This document shows positions 47,133-64,000 of a stretch of 64,000 nucleotides of DNA, piece after piece. The stretch is taken from the NCBI RefSeq assembly GCF_009914755.1, contig NC_060926.1. One strand, written 5' to 3'. Source of the DNA: the human T2T-CHM13v2.0 reference genome, Homo sapiens. How positions within the stretch are numbered: position 1 is the stretch's first letter; each line of letters begins with the position of its first letter. The position numbers and the translations under genes were made by a program. The notes under the pieces are model-generated. The model did not search any database. It was not told where the DNA came from and saw nothing but the letters and a program-made list of their open reading frames with translations.

Positions 47133-47858
47133 TGCCCCCTTCTCTTTTTTATAAAATCGCCACAGCTATCATTATTACTAGCATAAGGTGGCCTTTTTTA
47201 AAAAAATTAATTGAGCAAGGCAATTGCAGGATGTGTAGCCCTTAATTGCTGGTTGGTGGTCCAGCTTCATTTTTCTTAGCCCTTATTCAAAATGGAGTCA
47301 CTCTGGTTTGAATGCTTCCCACATGTCTCCCCTTTCCCTTTTACAACCTAGGGGTTGCAGAAGGATGAAAGTCTGTCTTCTGTAACTTCTTCATGCTGAA
47401 TAGGGGCGATGATACTCCTGCCTACCTATTAGGGTCTGTTGTATTCAGGGTAGAGAGGAGTTCAGTCAGAAAGCATTGGTCCGTTAAGCATCTACAGGTA
47501 AAACCCTGGTGCTCCAGCAGTTTCTCAGCATGGCTTGTACTGGGGGAACCTGGTCCATGGTTGGGATCCATGGGTCCTTCCAGTCTCCTGTTCCATGGTT
47601 GTACACATCTTGAGGGTACCTACATGGTTTGCTCATCTCCTGCAAAAACACAAGCATACCCTCACCCCCACGTTAGTAAATCTACTGAAACAGAAGCAAA
47701 AACTTTTGTGGCTGTAGCTGGGAGGCATGCCATTGCTGAAGCATTTGTAACTCAGCTTCTGCCTCTTTGGTTAATTACCACAGGGTAAAACTTACCGTTG
47801 ATACTGAGAAGCAGGCCCCTTCTAACAGAAGGCACAGAGAAAGCAAACTGAAGCTTAT
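47133..47858 (-). pseudogene. Deleted betaretroviral (HERV-K14-like) internal region with pol remnants
   Basis: Minus-strand peptides: FAFSVPSV and PASQYQ..VLP (RT), LTKEAEAELQMLQQ (RT connection), LLTWG*GYACVFAGDEQTM*VPSRCVQPWN (integrase C-terminus). Confidence 0.8.
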
Positions 47859-48259
47859 TCTTAAAGATTAACTTAAGAATACATTTGTCAAATTTAATAA
47901 GGAATTCTATTCGAATTTTTAATGGGAATGAATTAAATGTACAATTTAATGTGGGAAGTGCTAATATATTTACAAAATTTAATCTCAACCAGGTGTCCTG
48001 ACCCCTTCCATCTACTCAGTTCTTTTTTCATGTCCATTTTCATTATAGTGTTCTTGTCTTGCACATTTCTTGTTACTCTTATTTTTAAGTACTTTATAAT
48101 TATTTTTACCTTTGTGAATGAAACATTTTCTGATTAGTTATTGCTATTGCTATGAATAAGGAAACAACTTAATTTTCCTATGCTGATCTTTTATTGGGCC
48201 ATTAAATAAGCTGCCTTAATAGTTTTAATATGCATTTCAATATATTCTTAGAGACTTTC

Positions 48260-50837
<2,578 letters not shown>

Positions 50838-50933
50838 TAATGAAAACATTCCTCAGGTGATTCTGATGCAAAACTCATTAAAAATCACATTTCTAGAGGT
50901 AACAAAATAAACCCTCAGGAACACTCTTGGTCC

Positions 50934-51706
50934 TGTAGGGAAGTCAAAGATGGCTTCCATCCACCCTTCTTGGTTCTTAGGCTGAGCTGTGAATTAAATT
51001 GACATAACACAGATTCACAGGAAAAAAGGTATACAAATTCATTATGTGCAGAGGCGGGGGCACAGTGGGGCAGAGGCATCACATGAAAGAAAAAAGAATA
51101 CCCAAAACTCAGTGGGATCTGGAAGCTTATATACCCTCTTCAGTGGGGTGAGGGGATGTAGGCAACTTAGAGTGGAGTAAATGAGTTTTGAGGAAGGTGA
51201 ATGGGCCATCAGAAGTGTAGTTGCGGTCTGTGACCAAGTTTGTCTATGCATGGTTTGCCAACCCCAGTCTCCTCTGCTGTGATGTGAGCCAGTCTTCCCT
51301 GGTTGATGACAACTGAGTTCCTTCTGGAGGATCTCTCTGTAGGCCGATAAGGAAAGCAGATAGAGGGAGCTTAGAGACAGCCCCTCCCTGCATTTGCTGT
51401 TCTCCAAGTACCCTCAGTTTGAAGTAATCAGCATATGAAAGTGGCATATTTTGAGATGGCATTTCCTGCTCTCAGGTAATAAAAGTTGTTTTTGAGCATC
51501 CCTCTTCCTGATATAGGTACTTTATTAATGTAGATTTCCTTTATAGATGTAAATTTATTTTGCAATAGAACAGCTTTTCAAGGACTCCTGTGACTGCAGT
51601 TTCTCAGAATAACCAGTTTGAAATACGTCAAAGAAGTATATTTTCAGGTGGCATATTCTGGTCTCCTATAGTCATATTTTGTGGTGTTGTGTCTTAAGTC
51701 CCAGCA
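50934..51706 (-). mobile_element. ERV1 LTR (MER34/MER4-group-like)
   Basis: TG...CA termini; 4-bp near-TSD GTCC/GTTC; similar to the element at 61500-62406. Confidence 0.65.
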
Positions 51707-51924
51707 GTTCCCCATAACAAAGCTGAGAATTGGGATGCCACATTCAGTCCTGTTTTTAATCCTGTTCTTCACATTCCTGCTTCATTTACCTCACCAAAAT
51801 GGAAAGGGTATAAGTTTCAAATTCTAGAACCATGAGTTCAGATTCTGGCTCTGCTGTTTACTACCTTTGTGACTGTGGGACATTACTCTCTCTCTTTAGT
51901 ATACACTGGAGCTAATGAGAGAAT

Positions 51925-52334
51925 TGTGTTAATCCATTTTGCATTGCTATAAAGGAATGCCTGAGACTGGGTAATTAATAAAGAAAAGTAGTTTGTTTGG
52001 CTCATGGTTCTGTGGGCTGTGCAAGCATGGCACCAGCATCTGCTCAGCTTCTGGTGAGGCCTCAGGAAGCTTTCACTCATTGCAGAGAGTGGAGGGGGAG
52101 CAAAGGTGTCACGTGGTGAGAGAGAGGGGGGCGGGAAATGCCAGCCTCCCTTAAAATACCATTCCTGCTTGAACTAATAGAATGAGAACTCATCATTAGT
52201 GCAGGGAGGGCACCAAGCCATTCATGAGGGATCTGCCCTCATGACCCAAACACCTCCCACTAGGCCCCACCTCCAACACTGGGGATCACATTTCAACATG
52301 AGATTTGGAAGGGATAAGCATCCAAACTGTATCA
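51925..52334 (-). mobile_element. MST (MaLR) solo LTR inserted in a MIR
   Basis: tgtgttaatccattttgcattgctataaagg...catccaaactgtatca; 5-bp near-TSD AGAAT/AGGAT. Confidence 0.85.
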
Positions 52335-52635
52335 AGGATCTACCTCTTAAAGTTGTGGTGAGTATGAAATGAATGATGTACATACAGTGCCAGCACATGG
52401 CAGGTGCTCAGTAACATTTGCTCCCTTCCTTGGCAGGGAATGGTGTCTGGACCCAGAGAATAACTGGATCTTCAAGGAAGGAAGAGAAATCTTCAGAAGA
52501 ACATGGATTTTCCCCACTGGTAGTTAGTTGTCTCTTCCATATCCAGAAATAACTTGAACACGTTAGACGGGGCCACTGTGCATAGGTAAATTTTGACTAT
52601 CTATTGTCTGGCTCAGTGAAAAACATTTAATGTTA

Positions 52636-53147
<512 letters not shown>

Positions 53148-53250
53148 CTAGACTGTCTAAGATGCAGTCATCTAAGTGGCATTACCAGGGCTTCTAAGTG
53201 AAGGCAGATACTTCTTGATTATATGCTAAAAAATGGTGGTTTCTTGAGTT

Positions 53251-53259
53251 TTCTGGGAA
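53251..53259. promoter_or_regulatory. GAS (STAT) motif TTCTGGGAA in MER41
   Basis: Fits TTCNNNGAA at the position of the known MER41B tandem GAS; the second site (53272-80, TTTCCAGAA) is degenerate. Confidence 0.45.
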
Positions 53260-54204
53260 AGGGGTGGGAAATTTCCAGAACTGAGGGTTCCTCCCTTTTT
53301 TAGACCATGTAGGGTAACTTCCTGATATTGCCATGGCGTTTGTAAATTGTCATGGTGCTGGTAGAAGTGTCTTTTAGCATGCTAACGCATTATAATTAGT
53401 GTATAATAAGCCATGAGGATGACCAGAGATCACTCTCATCGTCATCTTAGTTCTAGTGGGTTTTGGCTGGCTTCTTTTCTGCAACCTGTTTTATTGGCAA
53501 GGTCTTTATGACCTGTATCTTGTGCCGACCTCCTATTTCATCCTGTGACTTAGAATGCCTAACCTCCTGGAAATACAGCCCAGTAGGTCTCAGCTTTCTT
53601 TTACCCAGCCTCTATACAAGATGGAGTCACTCTGGTTTAAATGCCTCTGACAATTACATAGGGTTGTGTTTTTAATCCACTAGCTACTCTTGCTGGAGCT
53701 TTTTCTGCTGATTACTCAAATTGCTGACCTTTGAGCTGGATCTCACTCCTTTCCTTAAAGGTTCCACAGGGCAGGACTTTGTGTCCCATAAAAATACTAG
53801 GCAGCCTGGTGATGCTCTGTAACCAAAACGCCTACCCCAGGCTCTGGACAGGATTTGGCATGTGTGATAGAACCTAAATGTTCATTTTCTGAGAAGACCA
53901 CAGGAAAGGAAATAACAAATGGTTCAACATGTTAATTTTGTTTTTTTCTTTTATTTATTTATTTTTGATTGTTTTCTTTTTATTTATTTATTTATTATTA
54001 TTATACTTTAAGTTTTAGGGTACATGTGCACAATGTGCAGGTTAGTTACATATGTATACATGTGCCATGCTGGTGCACTGCACCCACCAACTCGTCATCT
54101 AGCATTAGGTAAATCTCCCAATGCTATCCCTCCCCCCTCCCCCCACCCCAAAAGAGACCCCAGAGTGTGATGTTCCCCTTCCTGTGTCCATGTGTTCCCA
54201 TTGT

Positions 54205-58047
<3,843 letters not shown>

Positions 58048-58095
58048 TTATTTTGCTCATTAGTTCATGCAGTTTCTTCCTAGTCTCAATGGTCT

Positions 58096-59112
58096 TTACA
58101 ATTTGGCATGATTTTGCAGCGGCTGGTACCAGTTGTTCCTTTCCATGTTTAGCACTTCCTTCAGGAGCTCTTTTAGGGCAGGCCTGGTGGTGACAAAATC
58201 TCTCAGCATTTGCTTGTCTGTAAAGTATTTTATTTCTCCTTCACTTATGAAGCTTAGTTTGGCTGGATATGAAATTCTGGGTTGAAAATTCTTTTCTTTA
58301 AGAATGTTGAATATTGGCCCCCACTCTCTTCTGGCTTGTAGAGTTTCTGCCGAGAGATCCGCTGTTAGTCTGATGGGTTTCCCTTTGAGGGTAACCCGAC
58401 CTTTCTCTCTGGCTGCCCTTAACATTTTTTCCTTCATTTCAACTTTGGTGAATCTGACAATTATGTGTCTTGGAGTTGCTCTTCTCGAGGAGTATCTTTG
58501 TGGCGTTCTCTGTACTTCCTGAATCTGAATGTTGGCCTGCCTTGCTAGATTGGGGAAGTTCTCCTGGATAATATCCTGCAGAGTGTTTTCCAACTTGGTT
58601 CCATTCTCCCCGTCACTTTCAGGTACACCAATCAGACGTAGATTTGGTCTTTTCACATAGTCCCATATGTCTTGGAGGGTTTGCTCATTTCTTTTTATTC
58701 TTTTTTCTCTAAACTTCCCTTCTCACTTCATTTCATTCACTTCATCTTCCATCGCTGATACCCTTTCTTCCAGTTGATTGCATCAGCTCCTGAGGCTTCT
58801 GCATTCTTCATGTAGTTCTCCAGCCTTGGTTTTCAGCTCCATCAGCTCCTTTAAGCACTTCTCTGTATTGGTTATTCTAGTTAAACATTCTTCTAAACTT
58901 TTTTCAAAGTTTTCAACTTCTTTGCCTTTGGTTTGAATTTCCTCCCGTAGCTCAGAGTAATTTGATCGTCTGAAGCCTTCTTCTCTCAGCTCGTCAAAGT
59001 CATTCTCCCTCCAGCTTTGTTCCGTTGCTGGTGAGGAACTGTGTTCCTTTGGAGGAGGAGAGGTGCTCTGCTTTTTAGAGTTTCCAGTTTTTCTGCTCTG
59101 TTTTTTCCCCAT
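58096..59112 (-). pseudogene. L1 ORF1p pseudogene
   Basis: MGKKQSRKTGNSK...QPLQNHAKL with an in-frame TGA at 58783-85. Confidence 0.93.
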
Positions 59113-59208
59113 CTTTGTGGTTTTATCTACTTTTGGTCTTTGATGATGGTGATGTACAGATGGGTTTTTGGTGTGGATGTCCTTTCTGTTTGTTAGTTTT
59201 CCTTCTAA

Positions 59209-59547
<339 letters not shown>

Positions 59548-59679
59548 TAATTTCTTCTTTAGCTGGGGAAAAAGAAGTATTTAAAAACACTTGAATTGAA
59601 TTGAATGGAATTTGGCCCATAGCCAAAGGGCCCTAGCACAGCTATTCCCATCTTTTTTGAGGCAATCAGAATTCAAATA

Positions 59680-60036
59680 CAGTTGGGCCTCCACATTTGT
59701 GGGCTCTGCATCCACATCTACATCCAGGTATTCAACTGACTTTTGATTGAAAATAGTTGAGGAAAAAAAAAAAGGATTATTTTATCTGTCCTGAAAATGT
59801 ACAAACTTTTTGTTGTCATTATTCCCTAAATAATACAATATAGCAACTATTTACATAGCATTTACTTTGTATTAGGCATTATAAGCAATCTAGAGATTAT
59901 TTAAAGTATATGGGAGGATGTGTATAAGTTATATGCAAATACTATACTATTTTATATTGGAGACCTGAGCATCTGTAAATTTTGGTGCCTGTGAGGATCC
60001 TGGAACCAATCCTCTGTGGATACCGAGATACAACTG
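59680..60036. mobile_element. MER2-like TcMar-Tigger MITE
   Basis: TIRs cagttgggcctccacatttgtggg / ctgtggataccgagatacaactg with a TA flank. Confidence 0.8.
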
Positions 60037-60310
60037 TGTAACTCAAGATATAAACCCTTCTTTCCCACAGGAGAAGCAGGACTATAAAGATCTATGAAGA
60101 TGGGGAATATAGTATTAGGGAATAATTTGTTTCTAAAAACAGCAGCAACATAATCAATAGTCTAGACCAGAAGTGTTTAGTGAGATGTATCCCTAGACTT
60201 TTATTTCCTCTTGTGTAAGCTCAGTTTTAATTTTAAGCAAACCAATTTTTCAAATTATGTGGAGGCTTCTGTTTAATCTTTTATTTTGCAATTTAAAAAT
60301 TGATGTATAA

Positions 60311-61189
60311 ATTCTTAAAAGAAGATATACAAATGGCCAACAGACCTATGAAAAAATGCTCAACATCACTAACGATCAGGGAAATGCTAATCGAAACCAC
60401 AAGGTGATAACTCCTTACTCCTGCAAGAATGGCCATAATCAAAAAAAATCAAAAAACAGATGTTGGTGTGGATGTGGTGATCAGGGAACACTTCTACACT
60501 GCTGGTGGGAATGTAAACTAGTACAACCACTATGGAAAACAGTGTGGAGATTCCTTAAAGAATTTAAAAGTAGAGTTACCATTTGATCCAGCAATCCCAC
60601 TACTGAGTATCTACCCAGAGGAAAAGAAGTCATTATACGAAAAAGATACTTGCACACTCATGTTTATAGCAGCACAATTTGCAATTGCAAAATCGTGGAA
60701 CCAACCCAAATGCCCATCAATCGATGAGTGGATAAAGAAACTGTGGTATATATACTCGATGGAGTACTACTCAGCCATAAAAAGGAATGAATTAATGGCA
60801 TTTGCAGCGATCTGGATGAGATTGGAGATTATTATTCTAAGTGAAGTAACACAGGACTGGAAAACCAAAACATTCTATGTTCTCACTGATATGTGGGAGC
60901 TAAGCTATGAGGACACAGTGGCATAAGAATGATGCAGTGGACTTTGGGAACTCAGTGGGAGAGGGTGGGAAGGGGATGAGGGATAAAAGACCACAAATTG
61001 GGTGCCGTGTATACTACTCAGGTGATGGATTCATCAAAATCTCACAAAGCACCACTAAAGAACTTACTTGTGTAACCAAATACCACCTGTACCCCAATAA
61101 CCTATTGAATAAATAAATAAATAAATAAAAATAAATTCCAGATGGGAATTCCAGACACTTCTTAAAAATAAAATAAAATAAAATGAAAT
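60311..61189 (+). mobile_element. L1PB(1)-like 3' end with double A-rich tail
   Basis: L1PB 3' UTR; near-TSD AAAATTGATGTATAA (60296-310) / AAAATTGAAGTATAA (61190-204). Confidence 0.85.
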
Positions 61190-61737
61190 AAAATTGAAGT
61201 ATAATCCACATAACATAAAATTAACCACTATAAAATAAACAATTCAGTGGCATTTAGTACACTCACAATGTTATGCAACCACCAATTACATCAAGTTCCA
61301 AAACATTTTCATCATCCCATTAAGCAGTGTCTTAGTCATCTTTCACTGCTATAACAAAATACCATAGACTGGGTGACATAAATGACAGACATTTATTTCT
61401 CACAGTTCTGGAGACTGGGAAGTTCAAGATCAGGGTGCTGGTGTGGTAAGGTTCTTGCTGAAGGCCCTCTTCCTGGCTTGCAGATGGCTGCCCTCTTGCT
61501 GTATGGGAGGAAAAATAATTTTCTTCTCCACCCTTCTGGAGATCTTAGCTGGACTCTGTAAAAAAGATAAATTAACAAGAGAAAAACAAACAAAGTTTAA
61601 TAACATGTATACCTCCTGTATACTTAGGAGTTGACCCAGAATGATGAGTAAATCTCTAGAGATGATCTCAAAGAGTTGTCTTAGACTTTAGGCCTAAATA
61701 CCATCATTCTCTGAGATAAAGAAAGAAGGGTGTGTGG

Positions 61738-62030
<293 letters not shown>

Positions 62031-62031
62031 T

Positions 62032-62086
62032 GAAGGAAGGAGGGAAGGAAGGAAGGAAGGAAGGAAGGAAGGAAGGAAGGAAGGAA
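62032..62086. repeat. (GGAA)n microsatellite at Alu tail
   Basis: About 13 GGAA-like units with one GGGA interruption. Confidence 0.9.
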
Positions 62087-62490
62087 ATGCCTCATTAAGA
62101 GATGGCCAAAAAAGCATCTTAAAACAAGGGTAAAGTTTCTTACACAGATTTAAGTCAATACTTTCTCCATTGATTGAGTCTCTAGTGATTTAGTTTAGTC
62201 ATATTTTTCCTGATACAGAGAGGGAGATACCCTTACCAATGGAGATTTCCTTTATACATGCAAACTTCTCTTACAAAAGGGTAACTTTTCAGAACTTCTC
62301 TTGTGTCTAGCTTATCAAAATAACCAGTCCATATAATCTTATGCCCAAAGTACATATTCTTATCTCCTGCAATCATATTTTGGGATGGCATGTCCTGAAC
62401 CCCATATTGCTATGTCTTTATATGGCAAAGGGAAAGCAAATACCAGTCTCTTCCTAATCTTATAGGGACACTAAGCCAATCATAAGGGCC

Positions 62491-62814
62491 TGCTCTGGAC
62501 TGAATGTTTGTGTCCCTCCAAAATTCATATGTTGAAACCCCAATTCCTAGTGCGATGGTATTTGGAGGTGGAAGAAGTAATTAGGTTATCAAGGTGCAGC
62601 CCTCATGGATGGGATTAATGCCCTTAGAAGAAGAAACACAAGAGAGATGGTCTCTATTTCTATCATGTGAGGATACTATAAGAAGAGAATCATTTGCACC
62701 AGACGGCAAATATGCCAGCACCTTTATCTTGGACTTTACAACCTCTAGAACGGTTGGTTGTTTAAGCCACTCAGTCTATGTTAATTTGTTTTAGCAGTCC
62801 TAGTAATTAAGAAA
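62491..62814 (+). mobile_element. MST/MLT1A-like MaLR LTR
   Basis: tgctctggactgaatgtttgtgtccctccaaaattcatatgttgaa...gttttagcagtcctagtaattaaga. Confidence 0.75.
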
Positions 62815-63531
62815 GGACTACCCTCATGTCCTCCTCTAAACCTTGTTACCTCCTAAAGGACCCATCTCCAAATACCGTCACATAGGGGGCTAAGGCTTCA
62901 ATATGTGGATTTTGGGGGGACACAGACATTCAGTATATGACAAACAGTCATTCCCCATTCTCCCTTACTCCAGCAACCACCATTTGCTTTTTTGTATCTA
63001 TGGATTTTCCTACTGGGGATATTTAATAAAAAAGGAATCATACAGTATGCGGCCTTTTGTGACTGTCTTCTTTCACTTAACGTAATGTTTTTAAGGGTTA
63101 TCCGTGTTTTAGCATGTATCTGCAGTTCATTCTTTTTTATTGCCAAATAATATTCCATTCCTTCACTTCATCCGTTCATCATCAGTCAATAGACATTTTG
63201 ATGTTTTTGGCTATTGTGAATAATGCAGTTATTAATATTCATGTACAAATTAATAAGTGTACATATATTTTAATTCTCTTGGGTATATATGTAAAAATGA
63301 AATTTCTGGGTCATATAATTCTATATTTAACTAGTTGAGGAAATGCCAATTTTTTTTCCTTAATGCCAAAATGGCTGCACCATTTTACATTCTTGCCATC
63401 ACTGTATTATGAAGATTCTAGTTTCTCTACATCCTCATCAATGGTTGTTAGTCTCCTTTTTAAAAAAAAAATAGCTATTCTAGTGCATATAAAGTGGTAT
63501 CTCATTGAGGTTTTGATTTGCATTTCCCCTG

Positions 63532-63660
63532 CTTTTTCTTTGTTTAAGTAGGGTCTTGCTCTGTTGCCCAGGCTGGTCTTGAACTACTGGCCTCGAGCAA
63601 TCATCCTGCCATGGCCTCCCAAAGTGCTGGGAGTACAGGCATGAGGCATTGTGCCCACTC
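63532..63660 (-). mobile_element. FLAM/AluJ monomer
   Basis: gggtcttgctctgttgcccaggctggtcttgaact...cctcccaaagtgctggg. Confidence 0.8.
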
Positions 63661-63835
63661 TGCATTTCCCATTGGCTAATGGTGTTAAGTATGTTTGTAT
63701 GTGATTACTGGCCATTTGTATATCTCCTTTGGAGAAATGTCTATTCCAATCACTCGTGCATTTAAAAATAGGGTTATTTGTCATCTTGTTGTTGAAGAAT
63801 TCTCTCTATATTTTATTTTACTTTCACTTAAAAAA

Positions 63836-64000
63836 TTTTTTTTTGAGACAGGGCCTCACTCTATCACCCAGGTTCAAGTACAGTGGCATGATCATAGTTC
63901 CCTGCAGCCTCAAAAGGATTGTCCCACCTCAGCTTCCTGAGTAGCCGGGAGTACAGGCACATGCCACCACATACGCAACTAATTTTTAATTTTTTTATAG
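63836..64000 (-). mobile_element. AluJ (runs off window end)
   Basis: ttttgagacagggcctcactctatcaccca...gcctcagcttcctgagtagc-like. Confidence 0.85.

Noticed and set aside
47882-47887. CATTTG matching the 6 bp left of the ERVK LTR (46810-15) as a TSD
   Set aside because: It lies inside an L1ME-like fragment that starts about 25 bp earlier and has no LTR end beside it; likely coincidence.

Overview
Human/hominid genomic DNA. The window holds the 3' end of APLF on the + strand: a 47-nt exon at 7680-7726 finishing the second PBZ zinc finger, the last exon with CDS 18160-18362 encoding the acidic histone-chaperone tail, and a 3' UTR to about 20.5 kb. About 43 kb of repeat-dense intergenic sequence follows (L1PA/PB/M, L2, MIR, Alu, MaLR, ERV1 and ERVK LTRs, DNA transposons). 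Almost all listed ORFs are L1/Alu remnants or chance. I see no new coding system. The most unusual signals are structural: (1) a ~134-bp, ~94% identical inverted duplication bracketing 2.1 kb of the last APLF intron; (2) two L1 copies 43 kb apart sharing a 91-bp identical tract with the same nonsense mutation, probably gene conversion; (3) a fold-back templated palindrome inside an L1; (4) a multiply deleted HERV-K14-like provirus; (5) TSD-less Alu junctions; (6) a candidate distal alternative APLF exon. Repeat subfamily names come from recalled consensus features, not a database search; boundaries without a stated TSD are approximate.
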